A stretch of DNA of 64,000 nt from Eledone cirrhosa (Eukaryota), in the NCBI GenBank assembly GCA_964016885.1, contig OZ024741.1, forward strand, positions 380,432,001 through 380,496,000, in the 5' to 3' direction. A model generated the notes under the pieces. That model was not told the origin of the DNA and made no database searches. It worked only from the letters and a program-made list of their open reading frames with translations. Position numbers and translations under genes: made by a program. Below are positions 38,336-53,396 of the stretch, in pieces; the stretch's first letter is position 1; each line of letters opens with the position of its first letter.

Positions 38336-41300
38336 ATCATCATCATCATCATCATCGTTTAATGTCTATCTTCAATGGTAGGATGGGTTTAGACAGGAAT
38401 TGTCCCACATAAGGCAAAATTGGTTGTCTTGCTCGTATAGGACTGTCTGGCGGGTTTTCTATGGCTGGATGCCCTTCCTAACACCAACCACGTTTACATT
38501 GTGGACTGGGAGATTTTTACCGTGTTAACTACACGGCCACATTACAGTGTGTTTTTTTTTTGTTGTGACACCAACACGACCTCAATTCTTTAGGACTGGA
38601 TGTTGTGTCACCAACATAACTTTATAGAGAAAGGGGTGGTGTAGATGGGGGCGTGGGTATGGGGTGTATTTTGGTTAGGAGGTGCCTACTGACTGTAGGT
38701 TTTGCTTTGTACTTAGGCAAGGTGGGTATTCTGTATTACTGTGTAGTGCCAAAGATCTCGGTCCAGTGACATTGTCTTGGAAAGGTGTAAGTGTGTAAGG
38801 TCGGAATTTATCAAATCGTCCCAGGTTTTGCTGAGTCTGCCTATTCCGTAGCTTCCATCTATTTTGATTGCCCTGCAGTTTTTTATACAGCTGTCATCTT
38901 TCATGCGCATCACGTGACAATACCAACGTAGTCTTCTCTCGAGTAAACAGCATCTGATCCCTCTTATTCCTAATTTCTCACGTAGTTCATTTATGATATG
39001 CCGTTCACGTATATTACTATTACACATCCAGCGGAGCATGCAAGCTTCGTTCCTCTCCAGTCTGCGTATATCCTCTGCACACAATGCCCAAGTCTCACTT
39101 CCATGTAACATTGTTGTTCATATGCAGGCAGCATACAGTCTGCCTTTCATTTTTAGGGAGAAACCTTTAGCGGCCAATAGTGGTATAAGCTCTCTGAACT
39201 TTTTCCATCCCGTTCTGACTCTAGCTACTGTTCTTTCAGAGCACCCTCCACCACTGCTGATATTGTCACCCAGGTAACCGAAGGTGTCCACTATTTCTAT
39301 AGAACATCTGAGCAATGGAAGTAGCTAGTATCCTGTGGGCACTTGCTACTACTTATTGCACCTGAGCACCGGCCATATATAAAATCTATGTTCTTAGTTA
39401 GTTTACCTGTGATCCCACTACATCGTTTATGCACTCATACTGCCTACTCCTTTCCTACACACTGAGCATGGCCATTTCCCAGAAGGGACCAGTGCCCTAT
39501 TTTCCTTCCTACATACTAGAACTTTAGTCTTAGACAAGTTAATTTTAAGGCCTTTTGATTCTAGGCCATGCTTCCAAGTTTGGAATTCCTTCTCTAGTTC
39601 AGCCATTGATTAGCTATCTTCGTATAGAAGTTCCCATGGGCAGCCGGTCTTGAACTCCTCTGTTATAGCCTGAAGGGCAATAATAAATGGGGGGGGGGGC
39701 TAAGGAGAGACCTGATGAACACCGATTTTTAAGCAAAATTCTTCACTATATTTGTTGTTAATTCTAGCCTTGCTGACTGTTTCTTTATACATGGCTTGTA
39801 TAGCTCTCATGAGCCATTCATCAACACCTAGTTTTCTAAGAGCCCACCAGATAATGGAGCGGGGGACTTTGTCAAAGGCTTTCTTCAAGTCAACAAAATC
39901 TAAGTATAAGGGTTCATTTTAGCTACGACTACTCCTGTAATTGCCGTACAAGGAAAAAGTGACTGTGGTACTTTTACCTGACACAAACCCAAACTGCATT
40001 TCATCTAGATCAATTCGCTATAACTTTTTCTGTGACCTTCATGACCTGGTCAATTAATTTAATGCCTGTATAGTTTCCCCTATCTAGGGCATCTCCTTTA
40101 CCCTTGTAACAGTTAATAATGATGATGCTACGCCAGTCATTTGGTATGACCCCATTCTGTATGACTTGGTTTACTATCCGGGTGACCATGGTGTGCCCCA
40201 CCGATCCAGATGCTTTCAGCATTTCAGCAACTGTCTCCGAAGGCCCAGCTGCTTTGCCTTTCTTCATATCTTTGATTGCCTTACTTATACTACCTTCAAC
40301 TTGCACTGCTGGTCCCTCTATTGGATTGATTTGGGGGAGGCTGTCTTTCTCCCATTTATTCTCCGCATTTAGTAGCCTTTCATAGTGACACTTCCAAGCT
40401 ACCTTCTTATCAACGTCAGTGATGGCAAGTACACCATCATCATTACGGACACACTTCTCCCTGACAATATCACGGTTTTCCTTGACACATTGTCTAGCAA
40501 TCCTGAACACCTCACGTTTTTGGTCCTCACGTTGTAGACCATGCTTGAACTTAATTTCGTCTGCTTCCCTTCTTGCAAGGTACACTTGTCTCCTAGCTTC
40601 CCTCCTGGCCACTTGATAGTGTTATAATAGTCCCCCATCCTGCCATACTTTCCAAGCTTGTTTTTGGCCTTGATTGACTCCTCCACCTTACTGTTCCACC
40701 ACCATGTTACTCTCCTCCTGCCTATAGGTCTGCTCCAGTCAGAGATTTCATATGTCGCCTTCAGCAGGTTAACTTTCAGGAATTTCCACTGTTCCTCTAT
40801 ACTGTACATTTCTAATTTCTCTTCCTTACTGTCAAAAGCATCAAGTAGTATCCCTTTAAATTTGTTACTGGCTGTGGGGTCCTTTAACTTCCATATTATT
40901 CTTCTTAGGGTCATCCTCCTCTGTTGTCGAGTACATCTCCTCCTGACTATGAGGTCACTAATTATGAGTCTATGTTGGGAGGTGCATTCTTCGCGGGGGA
41001 GGGATTTAGTGTTTACAACAGACACTTTGTCACGTCTTCTGGTAAGGATATAATCTATCTGACTGGCGTGTTCCCCTGATCTATAGGTGATCAAGTGATT
41101 GTCTAGTTTTTTGAAGTTTGTGTTGCAGATAGTTAGGTTATTTGCGTCACAGAATTCCAGAATTCTGAAGCCTTCCTCATTTCTGATACCAAACCCGTAG
41201 CCGCCATGGATTCCATCATAGCCATCACGATGTTGTCCAACATGATCATTTAGGTCGCCAGCAATCGTTATGTAGTCACTATCGGTTAGTTGGGAGGTAG

Positions 41301-42160
41301 TGAGCATTAGCAACTCATAGAATATGTCTTTATAACGCCAGGCAGTCCAGATTGGGGTGCATAAGCGGATATTATTGTCACAGTAGTTCTATTTAGGACA
41401 AGTCTTATTTTGATTATTCTGTCATTCACTCTATTTACGTCAATTACCTTATCTACCCATTTTTCTACTAACATAATTCCTACTCCACCCAGCCCATTTT
41501 CATTTCCCACCCAGAAAAGTTTATAGCATCGTTTTTTACCCACAATGAATCTAACAGACCCACCCCTCCAACTAGTCTCTTGGACGCAACAAGCATCAAC
41601 TTCCTTACGTTCAAGCATCTCTACAACCTCGTTAGAGCGACCCTTTAAAGTGCGTACATTCATGGTACCAACTCTGAAGTTTTGGATTTCGTTTGATGGG
41701 TGGAAGAGATGAGTTGGAGGTGTAGGGAGGGGTGAGGGAATGAGGTTATGTTTGCCAGCCGCATCTGAAATAAAGAGGAATCCTTGCATTTTCGTCCGGC
41801 CACATGAGGTGAATTTATCTTTATCTTTGACATTGTCATTTGAGTGTCCAGATTCTTCGTACTCTCTCCAGAATCCCACAGTCCATCTAGCATATCAAAG
41901 GCAACCAGGTTTAAACTTAAGGAGTGAATAGCCGAGGTGGTGGTTTTGTGTAAGAGATTGTTAAGAGAGACGTATAAGTCGCTGAATTATGATTGGACCA
42001 TCTAATAATGGTGGCGAGTGGGAGCGGGGGGACGGATGTGGGGAAGTTAACGAAAATCTAAGCCTATAAACGAATGTATAACAGTAATCAGTGTTTAAAT
42101 ACGAGAAGGTTATTAAACGAACGTATAACAGTAATCAGAGTTTAAATACAAGAAGATTGT
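38336..42160 (-). mobile_element. Near full-length RTE LINE, frameshifted
   Basis: APE motifs VGTMNVRTL, CCVQET, AGDLN.HVG, SQIDYIL, SQHRL; RT motifs KKAFDKVPR and GVHQ; C-terminal MLHGSETW and RRLRW; (GAT)n tail; 48 bp tandem duplication near 42067-42160; 5' boundary approximate. Confidence 0.95.
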
Positions 42161-43246
42161 TTTTTAGGGTCTGACAGAATTAACAAATGAAATTGAAAGC
42201 TTGGATTCTAAGTAAATGGACCATGTAAAACATAGAGAGAGACAAGAAAATGGTGTAAATACATTACATTTCTCAAACGTCCCTTCGGCAAGGATGAAGA
42301 TTTGAAGAATTCTGAAATTTTTGACAACCGACAGGTTCATTTTATACTTGCTAAGAGAGAGAGAGGGAGGCCTGTAGGCTTTTAGACAATGCATTGGTGC
42401 ACAGAGTAGAGGAGAAGAAGAAGGAAGAATGTTCCCCAAAAAGTTATAACAAGAAGGTTATTTTTTATATTTTCTATATTTATCCCCATATTTGTCGAAA
42501 TGTCCCTCCTTTTTTAAAACAGAGGCATGTCTGTTTGGTTAAGCACTTTACTTCTAATTACATGCTTTGCAACTTGATGCCAATGCATGGTTGCCTTGGG
42601 CAAGTGAATTCCACCACAACATTTCATCGATAAAAACCTGGTGATTAAAATTTGGTAAATGAAAACTGTGATACCACCTCAAAAGAACTATTCTTCTCTT
42701 ATAATCGGCAACTTAAATCACCACCTAGCACTTAGGTTGTTTTAGCAGAATCCATTCTATTGCAAAAATTCAGCCCAGGCTTCTTTCTTTTCTTCAATCA
42801 GTCCCAGAAGCTATCGAAATAAATAGTAATAGTAGGTCTCCTTTCTCCTCAATGTCATCAACCATAATAATATATATGTATATATATATATGTAATGTTT
42901 CAAATGTAAAAACACAAACATATGCATAAGGCATTCCCTATTTTGAACAAGATACTACCATAAGAAGTTTGTTTTTCAGTCACAAAGTAGATTTCTAACC
43001 TTACATTTGTCCCTATTATGAAATATTTCTCCATTAACTTCTGTTTGATAACTGTACATATGCTGAACATTTATATAATTATATCCTAGAACTAAATTCT
43101 CAAAATACGTTAAAATTTAATCACTTCAATATGTCAATAATCAAAATAAACTATAGGATTTCTCTCATGCAAACTATACATTTCCCAGTGTGTATGATTG
43201 TTTATATATTCAATAACTCTGGTATATACAGCATATCAAGACTGGT

Positions 43247-46170
43247 GTCTTCTCTTCTCTTCTTAATCTTTGCTCACTTATTCATGAGAGGGTTTTAAGA
43301 TAGAGTCTTCAAACACTCCTACCAGCGGGTCCTGTCAGGAGCAATCATTTCCAACTGATCTTGCTGGATCCCTAAGTTAGATCAGCCAAGCTCATGTATG
43401 TTATCGAACCATCTTGCTGAGGTCGACATTTTGGTCTCCTGCCAGTTGGTTTTGCCTGTAAAATCTGTCCGCGATTCTTTCCTGAGACATTCTAACAACA
43501 TGGCCATAGTATCAGTGCTGTGATCTCTCATTTCAGAGAAGTAGTGGCTCAACCTAGAGTGACTTTCTGATCTCTGAACTATGGACTCTATCGAGGAACG
43601 TTACACCGGGAGGAAGCCTATTTCAGCTACTTGTATTCATAACTGTATTCTTTTGGTCATTACTTAACATTTATGACCATAGGTAGAGGTTGGCACAAAT
43701 ACCAAATTGAAGAACGCGAGTTTGACTTTTACACCTACCTCCCTTCTTCTGATGAGCAAATGCTGAAGCTAGTGATTATTGCACCATCTCCTGCAATACT
43801 TACACTTAATTTAGTCTCCTGCTTTCCATCATTCATGCACATGGCCCTGAGGTACTTGAACTACTGTACCTGCTCCAGTGGAACTCCATTCACATGTGGA
43901 GTGCACCACACAGGCTTCCTTTCTAGAACAAGTGTCTCAGTTTTTGCAGCAATGATTTTCAGTCGATCCCTGCAGTACTCAGCATCAAATATATCACGTG
44001 CAAGTCAGAGATGGCCTTCTGTTGAGTTAAGTAACACCATGTTCTCTGCAAATTTTATCTGACTGATTTTACACTAGCCACAGTCATAATACTACTTCTA
44101 ACCCGGGTTTACATGTCAATCTTGTTCACGAAAATAATGAAAATGATTGGTGACAGTACACACCCTTTGGTGAGTCTGACTCTCGCATCAAATAGTTTTG
44201 ATTTAGCACCATTTATCTGAACATAAATACTCAGTCATTAATATAATGATATCAGGGCAACAAGAAGCTGAACATTGAACCCTTACTCCTGCACAATCTT
44301 CCAAGGCAGGTCCCAAGGAATGTAGTCATATTATTTTACGAGGTCTTCAAAACAAGTATATACTTCTTGACAATACACCCACAATTTCTCGAAGACATGC
44401 CACAGTGTCTGGGGTGGAAACTGCACTGTTCATCAGCAAGCTTGGATTCAACAATCTTCCTACATCCCTTTTCCAGACACTCAATAGAAGTTTCTGAGGA
44501 GGCTTAACAAGGAACAAGGAGATCCCTCTGTAATTGGAACAATTTCTCTAGTCTTCCTTTTTTAAATTTGGGATTATCACTCTTTATTGACATTGTTTAG
44601 GAGCCTTTCCAGAAATCCAGGCCATCCGACCCACATGAATCAGCCAGAGAATACCTTCTGTTATTAAGGCTATTAACATCTTGGGCTGGATTTCATCTTC
44701 CCCAGCAGCTTTGCCACATTTGAGCTCTTTAATTGCTTGACAATTCAGCCTCTGCGAGATTAGTCACTGCCCCCAGATGGACCACATGTACATCAGAAGA
44801 TGCTGTTGTGATTGAGTTTAGGAGATCAGCAAAGTATTATCTCTACCTTGAGACGATGGACCTCTCTGAAGAGAGGAGAATCACAGAAGCATTCCTGATA
44901 GCATGTGTGGAGGAGGACTTCTTATTACTAAGTTGGTAGATGGTTTGCTAGAGCACTTCATTTACTGATCTGAAGTCGGATTCTAACTTCACCCCAAAGT
45001 CCTCCCATGTGTTAACTTTGGATGCCTTTACTGTCTCTGCTGTGATTATTCATGCCTGCTTGTACTTCAAGTGCAAGAAAGAGGATTTATTTCCAAGGCA
45101 GGCTTTGTAGGCCTCCTTCTTTGCTCAGATGGCATCTTTTCCTCTGGATTGAACAAAGGGATCCTCTTGCCATCCAGTGCCACACCAAGCCTCTTTTGCC
45201 TGCAGCATTGACCAGCTGAAGCACAAACTGCTGCTCTGAACAACCTTCACTCTGTCTCAGCATCCTCAGTTTGCCCAGGGAGTTCTCTGAATTTGGATGC
45301 AATAGCACCTGCATACGTAGTCCTGACTTCCTTATCCACCAACACTTCCCACTTAATCATGTAAGTTGCCCTGAACCTGCCAGTTGTGTGTGCTTCTTTG
45401 CAGATAACTAGATGGTGAACAGTTGTCAGCTCAGCTCCTCTCTTAATATGAACAACCTGCCCAGAATCGAAGAGATTGGTGACAATAACAAAATTATTTA
45501 TCTCTGCCCCTACTTTTCCTTATATCAGGAATTAGGCAGAGGAGCCTTTTCGAGAAATATATTGCAGTCTCCATTTCATGCCACAAACCTGGCAATGGGT
45601 CTGTGACCTGTCCTGGGAGGTTGGACATGGATGAACATATATTGTGTATCCCGTGACCCCAAAGAGGATTCAGAAGGGAACAAACCTTGAAAATGTGAGC
45701 CTGGAACATCACAACCCTTATAGGTAAGGAGCAGAAACTAGTAGAGGAGGCTAGATACATTCAGGTGTGGTGCCAAAAATGACTGCACAGGCAGGAGTGG
45801 GATGCTCACCAGCCCCCAGCTGTCAGATTTAGTTATGGACTGGATCCCATTAAGAGGGAGGATTTGCCTCTTGAAGCTTTAGCTGAACGATAAGCTTCTC
45901 TGGCAGGTGCAAATTTATGCACGAAACAGGGAGTCCAAATACAGATCCTTCCTTGATGAAGTCACTGCAGTGTTTGATGTAGTTAAGACTAAGTCATATA
46001 TCATTAAGGGAGACATCAATGTACATCTTGGGACTGACCACCTCACATTGAAATGAGTGATTAGAAGGAATGCTAATCCTGATCTAAATACCAATAGAAA
46101 GGCCCTATTAGAGTTTTGTTTCAGCAAATGAATCTCTATTATGAACACCTTCTTCTAGCACAGAGACATC
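43247..46170 (-). mobile_element. RTE LINE (second family) with inverted 5' segment (about 45530-46170, +)
   Basis: 43247-45528 is homologous to 14022-15910; about 45785-46170 is the reverse complement of about 15925-16310; TSD-like CAAGACTGGT/CAAGGCTGGT. Confidence 0.85.
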
Positions 46171-46260
46171 CAAGGCTGGTCACTAAAAATTAAATATGTT
46201 CAATACTGTTGTTGTCATAATTGATGTCATTGGTTCGCTAGTAAAATATATAATAGCAAC

Positions 46261-46535
46261 ATGTGATTTGAAGGAGATCTAGTTGCTACTTCTCACAGGA
46301 CAGACAATTCTGCAGGGGTCTCTCATTGGCTTGCATGCTGTAATGTTGCTAGGTGGTGATGTCTCTTATTATATGTGATTTGAGAGAAATTTGGTTGCTA
46401 CTTCTAGCAGGTCAAACAATCCTGTAGCATTCCTTCATTGCTTGCATGCTTTAAAGTTTTAGGTGGTTATGTCTCTGTTATTGAATGTGATCTTTTAATA
46501 TTTGGTTGCTACTGCTAGCAGGTCAAACAATTCTT
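46261..46535. repeat. Diverged tandem repeat, about 112 bp period, about 2.5 copies
   Basis: ATGTGAT...GTTGCTACT..TAGCAGG recurs near 46261, 46373 and 46485. Confidence 0.75.
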
Positions 46536-46596
46536 TCATGTCTCTATTGTTTCTAATATTTCAGACCCCATGCCATTAAATACAGATCTTCAGATG

Positions 46597-46798
46597 TACA
46601 AGTGTCGACTGAAAGGTTCATAGGCTTTCTATGAAGGAGTGATGCTAGGGCTGTGAAATCTTGCATGCATTAATTTCAACTCTTGTTATTAGCAACTGTA
46701 ATGTTTCTTTCCAGGGACTATGTTGAAAAATAAACTTCATTTGGTCATTCCATGAGAGTATCATGGTCAGCCTATGAACTTTTCAGCCGACCTTCATA
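46597..46798. mobile_element. Tc1/mariner-type MITE
   Basis: About 30 bp imperfect TIRs TACAAGTGTCGACTGAAAGGTTCATAGGCT / AGCCTATGAACTTTTCAGCCGACCTTCATA with TA ends. Confidence 0.75.
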
Positions 46799-47480
46799 GA
46801 ATATGATTTCCATCTGGACAAGATCACACAATAAAGTCATGTGTGGAAAGGGGCAGTAATTAAAAAATATGATGATCTATTTTTTGAGGGAGGTAACTCA
46901 TTTTAAATGTGAATTGTTGTGATGTAATGTGTATATTCATGTGTGCGCGCACGCATGTGCGTGTGTGTGTGTGTTCTTTTTTTAAAGTGTTCTAGTGAAA
47001 TACAGTGTAATGTAGGTTATGGAAGACATTTTACAGGCATAAGAGATTCATATGTAGGAAAAAGTGACATACATCAAGTTTTTAATATCTTATGGTGGAT
47101 GTAGTACATCTGTTGACTGGATATTTGAAGGTTGGCTCTTCCATGATAAGAGCAGGTGTCGTTTGAGGTGTATATATTTATCAGTATATAGTCATGTATA
47201 TGTCATCATCATTTAACGTCTGCTATCCCTGTTTGCAAGTATTGGACATGTTGTCGATTGATGAAATTGGTAATGATTGCATGGATGTTTGGGGGAACCT
47301 TCATCTCACCTAAATACATTCCTGCACTCTACCAAGTGCTCAGACAGGCTAGTGTCTCATAGCATGCTTATATATGATTTCCTACACTACTGACTATATT
47401 TTCTAATGATACAAGCACTTGTAAGTTTGCCATGTATTCATGGAAAATACATGTGAAATGGTGATGAAGAATATGATGAT

Positions 47481-48035
47481 CATCATCATCATCATCATTT
47501 TACGTCTGCTTTTCCCTGCTTGCAAGAGTGGGATGGGTCCTATTCAGCACAGCATCTCTCCACTTGTCACGGTCCTTCGTCTTCTCCACCATCAGCTCAG
47601 CGATCTGAGGTCTGCTCTCACCAGCGGTCATCCTCCATGCGCATCACATGTCCATACCATCACAGTCTTCTCTCCCACACACTACAACTTATCCCTCTTA
47701 AACACAGTTTCTCTCTCAACACATCCATGCTCGGTCATTTGCGCACATTGACATTGCACATCCGACGGAGCATGCTTGCCTCATTCCTCTCCAGCCATCG
47801 CATATCCTCTGCAGTTGCTGCCCATGTCTCACTACCATGCAGCATCATACACCTCACACAGGCATCATATAACTGGCCTTTCGTATGCAGAGAGAAACCC
47901 TTCTTCATCAGCAGAGGAAGCAGATCGCTAAACTTCTTCTAACCCATCCTTATTCTAGATACTATGGCCTCGGAACACCCCTCTCCCATGCTAATCTGAT
48001 CACCTAGGTTCCGGAAGCTATCAACCATTTCTATA
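47481..48035 (-). mobile_element. RTE LINE 3' end
   Basis: Minus strand encodes the YLG..MLHGSETWA..RMC region; (GAT)n tail. Confidence 0.85.
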
Positions 48036-48226
48036 GAACCCAGAAGACAACAGAAATAAACTCCAAAAGATAGGAGGGATGAAGGAGTTGTAAGTGAATC
48101 CACTCACTGGATGTTTGATCTAGGTAGGGGATGTAAAAGAACAAGACTAGCAGATAGACTGTCAGGCTATGTCTTCAAATGCAATCATTTCAGCTAGGAT
48201 TGCAATTTCTTGTTGAACATCTACAG

Positions 48227-48390
48227 CAGTTATGGGCAAACTGCAGCCCGCGAGGCATTTGTGGCCCATTTAGCTTTCTGAATGGCACGCCTAATTCCAA
48301 AATTGTCTTGAAATTTTTAGTAGTGTAGCCGGCCATATGAAAAACCACATCCTATGTGGCCCACTGCTTGAAAAATGTTGCCCATGCCTG
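48227..48390. mobile_element. hAT-type MITE with 8 bp TSD
   Basis: TIRs CAGTTATGGGCAA / TTGCCCATGCCTG; TSD ATCTACAG at 48219-48226 and 48391-48398. Confidence 0.88.
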
Positions 48391-51300
48391 ATCTACAGTC
48401 ACAGCATATTCTGCTCTGACATTAAAACAAAATAATCTAGTTACTAATCATGATGGATTGTAACAAGAATGGATGCTACAAAAGAGATTAAGTGTTAATA
48501 ATGGAATGGCACTACAGTGTTAATTAATAGAATTGAAATATTAAATGTATGCTATAATTGGTAAATAATACTAAATCAATGTGCCTTATGAAAGACTGCA
48601 TGATCTTAATCCATATCCAAGTGGCTCTAACCTTTTCTAAATCTTTTAGTATTATCGATGCCTTTTTCAATGTACTGTAAATATGGAAAGTAAATAGACA
48701 TTTTAAACACGTGACTTACTTTATATAGAATTTTTGCTGGAAAAGTGGATTATTTTCTTAGTTTCACAGTCAGTTCTGATAGCATTATTAATGTCATCTG
48801 GATTTATTACGAAAAGCAAGCATAAACTACTGGCTTATAAAATTAGTCAGCTCTATTTATTCTTTTCTTCTATTTTCCTGCTTCCAAAACTACCAAAATA
48901 TATAAATAGTGTGTTATTTGAACTGAATCTATATGTATTATATAACTTTGAATGTTCCATATGCATTGTAAGACATGATTTTCCAGGGTTTAGTTACTTA
49001 AAATGTGCAGTTCTTATAAGGAGCTTGTTAATAAAGATGAGGATCCCACATAATGCAGGTTATTTAACTGTGTGAATACATCCTCACTGATACATTTCTT
49101 TGTAATAGATTCACATCAGAAAATTATAAGTAAATTCTTGTCGTTTAGCTCTAAGGTCGCCATAATCAAAGATCCTTCTCTAACCATTACTGCCCTCTAC
49201 CTTTTAGGTATTGTATCTAGGATTGCATCAACCAAGGTGCCTTCCTTTTTATAAGATTTAAAGGGTGTTTAACTGCTATTTGTAAAAGGTTAGACAAGTC
49301 CTACAGGCTCTCTTGTTTCCTTATGTAGTTATCATTGAAGGAACAAGAAAATGGTAATTGAGCGATACAGAAATTGTTGTTATATCCAATGATACAAAGT
49401 CTTTGAAAACTATTCATCCATAACTGTCACCTCAGTCTACAACAAGAATGCAGAATCTTGACCTGCTGGATATAGAAGTCAAATGTACCACAAATGGCAC
49501 CATGCCATGAAACATATATGGGATAGTCATGACTAGAACTGTTTTGACCATATATATACACAATCAGGGCTGGACAGGGTCTTTCCAAGAACAAGAACAC
49601 CAATCATAATAATAACTAATAGAGCAATAATCAAGATTGTATGTTAAGAATTTTACTCAAGAAATTTACAGATGAGAAAAGAGTACATTCCTTGATTTAA
49701 AATCATCTTTATAATCAAATATCAAGAGCCAACACAGTATTTTAGAAATTCACATCTTTGTACATGTTAAGGCTACATGACAATCTCAAAGCTGGGAAAA
49801 ATAAAATACAATGAAATCATCATAACTGTTCTGTAGCGTGAGACATATTTTATACTTAATTGATTTAATATTCATTTTTTTTTCAATCTTTGCGTTCTGT
49901 GCATTATTAACTGCCAACCTGAAAGTTATAGCAGATGGTATCATCTGACACTAACTTGTTAAAATAATTGTAATGTAATTGCTTGGGCACCACGTCTCCC
50001 CATGTGAAGTGAGAGACACACTCACATAAACATACATATCCACATACAATATTAATTCCCAATGAACTGAAAAGAATTTCCAAAAAGGAACTGATTCACT
50101 TGTAAAAACTTTTGTTACAAACTCTTCAACTTTCTGAAAAAGGGATTCTCTGTATTAAATTAAACAGCAACAATACTGAACCAACATTACTAAAGTAATT
50201 AATTTTAGCTTTAATGAAAATATTGATTTAGTCATGTGTATCACAGCTGGTGAATCACAATTAACTGGTGTCTTACGAAATATCACTCAAGTCAGTGTAA
50301 CAAAAGTCTAATCAACAGATCGCTTTAACTGAAATGGTAAACATATTAGTCTGAAGACAGAATCTCCACCTGTTTCTTGTTTCTACAAGCACTTTATCTT
50401 TGTCTTCTACCACACTAAGAATTAAATTTTAGTTAAATTTAAACGTAACTTTTAGAATTATTTGCCTATGTAATAAAAGTGATTTGATTAGTTGCTGATG
50501 CATCAAATATTTTATGTCTTGTTAGAATAGACAGTTATCACAATGTTTAAGTCAAATAATGGTTTCTAATTAATGTACAAGGCCAGCAATTTTGAACAAG
50601 GAGAACAGACAATTAAATCAATCCCATTCCTTAGTTGATCTCCAGAAAATTTGAACTCAGAGTAGAATGAACTAAAGCAAATGCCACAAAGTACAAAGTA
50701 TTTTGTTTGACAATAACAATTCTACAAAAAAGTGCTATATACATTGAGTTGAATACGCTAAGATAAAATAATCAATTTGAAGACAATTAAATTATAATAG
50801 CTATAGTGTAAAACATCAAGCAGAAATTATTAAAGTAACACTGAATAGTTTTTAAATCAAACTACTAAAATATTACCTGAAATAGATAATTAACAATCTG
50901 TAATTAAACTCCACATTTCCTCTTCCCCTTGCATGAGTGGAACTTGTATCAAGCAGATAACTAATTACAGAAAACTCTGTCATGTCAAAAACAACCTTAG
51001 TAAACATTGTAATACCTGTTGTTGTAATTGTGATTATGATTTTGTGATGTTTGCAACAACTTTGTAAGACTTAGGTACATGTGCAGCTTATTACCATCAC
51101 AGAGAGGTTTCTGCTAAAAATGAACATACATTCACACACACACAAAAAAATCAACAAAGTATCTGATTTAACAATGAAGCCAACTAATTTTGTAAGCATC
51201 ATGACAAAAAGAAAATCTTCCTATTGAACATGTCTAATGATCATGAGAAATATGTACTGTAAGACTACAAAAAAACTACAATGTAACGTGTTTCAAAACT

Positions 51301-52572
51301 GGGAATAAATATAAAAAGATAAGCTAAGCTGAACATTATTTTCAGTTATATAATGTTTACTTACAAATTGCTCATGGCAAAGTTAATATGGTATTAAACT
51401 ATCTAACTAAACAGTGGTTGTTAATATCACATCCTCAACTATGTACCATGACATATAATTCACAATGTTTCCATCTATCTAACTGAAAATAGTTGAAAGG
51501 GTCAATAAAATAAAAGTACCAGTAATACACTGGGATAATTACTGGCCTTGTGCCAAAAAGTAGAAACAGTTATCATGTAAACATAAAGGGTATTGTAAGG
51601 AGAAAAAGAAATATAAAGTTAGTATGTTTCTTTAGCTTACTGTTCTTAGTTCAAATCTATCTATGAACCTGGAGAATACAGCATAAATGTACACAGACAC
51701 ATACCTAACTGTTAACCTCTATTATTCTCTGAAACACAAACACACTCTAACAATTTCAGCAGTCATCACCAGCATATCATTGTCTAAAGTACATCTGAAG
51801 TTCATACAGTCAACATTTTTTATAGACAGGCAAACAAACAGACACAAAACAACTCAAATTATACAATAATTACCTGCCTTACTAAAACTCATATTTAAAG
51901 TAATGTTCTGACCCACACTTTTCTTCTTTTTCTTACTCTCATCTATCCTACCATCCCTCATTCTATCTTCCAAGACACTTTTCTACTGTCTCAAATGTTA
52001 AAGTAATATATATATATCATTGTATTGTATTGTTCCCAATATTGTTTTTCTTATTGACTCTTTGTGCATGCACACACACATACACACACACACATATAAT
52101 CAACATCATTGTTTAACATCTGCTTTCCTTGCTAGCAAGGTTTGGACTGGTCTACATACTTTAAGTCATTACTGAAGCAGGGCTAATGACCTCCCAGACA
52201 AGCTATACAGTTTGCATCGTGGTTACATAAGGTCTCATGTTCTACGGAGTGCACAGGTGAGGATGTCAGGTCTTTGATACAAATGGAGGGCCCTTCTAGA
52301 CGTATGTTTCACAAGCTTTTAATTGAGCTCCAGCCATTTTAATAGCTAGTTCCAAACTGAATCGCTGCTGTTCTGGCAGCATAATTAGCTGAAGTCATCA
52401 GAGGTCCCTTCTCTTTCACATTAGCACACTCTACTACCCAAAGTATCGAGTACACTGGTGAGTATTTGATACTTGATATTAGAGGTTTTTACTGCGTCCA
52501 TTCTGATTTATATATATATATATATAATATGGAAAGCGAAGAATCAGTAATGCATTGAAACACAATTTATTA

Positions 52573-52663
52573 CGTATTACAATGGTTTCTCTGGCGAACA
52601 GCTTGAGGTACGATCTGTTTGTGGATCGAACCTGACTCTGGATTTACAAGTTCCTCAGATATG
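52573..52663 (-). ncRNA. HHR candidate, CUGAGGA core, long stem II
   Basis: CATAT-CTGAGGA-(long hairpin including AGGT.CGATC/GATCG.ACCT)-GAAAC CATT GTA-ATACG, followed by AATAAA and (TA)n. Confidence 0.62.
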
Positions 52664-53172
52664 TCTAGTGATTCCGAAGCAAATCCTCTTTCTGTTGGAC
52701 TCCGACCCTTAGAGTTTCTATCATTTACCATCATCCTGTTTGTGGCCCATCGATTGGTCAAGAGTTCAAGATGTCATCTGTACGTTTGACCATTCAAGTC
52801 TGCCCACTGCCCATTCAGGCCTGAGCTGTCACTCTCCTTAATTCTGTTGTCAGAATTACTGCTAGATTGTTAAGGCGTTATGAACTGCCTTGCCATTCCC
52901 TAGCTTGCCCTTTGCCTGACACCTATACACCCACACACCCGTGTGTTCACACATAGACATACATTCCGGGCTCTGATCCCACACTTATCTGTTCGGACAT
53001 ACACACACACACACATACATAGAGCTCGCGCGTTTGCTAAACACATATGCAAGCATATATCCATCACTCATATATAGGTACATGTATACATAGACATATG
53101 CACACACGTACACATACACGTACACATACACGGACCCACAGATATACATATATTATCCATACATACACTCAC

Positions 53173-53218
<46 letters not shown>

Positions 53219-53296
53219 TATACCCGCGCGTACATATGCAGTCAGGCCTACTCACATGCACACACACACATGCAAGCAGAGAAAGGCGGACGTAAA

Positions 53297-53328
<32 letters not shown>

Positions 53329-53396
53329 ATATATCATCATCATCGTTTAACGTCTATCTTCCACGCTAGCATGGGTTTATATGTATATATATATAT

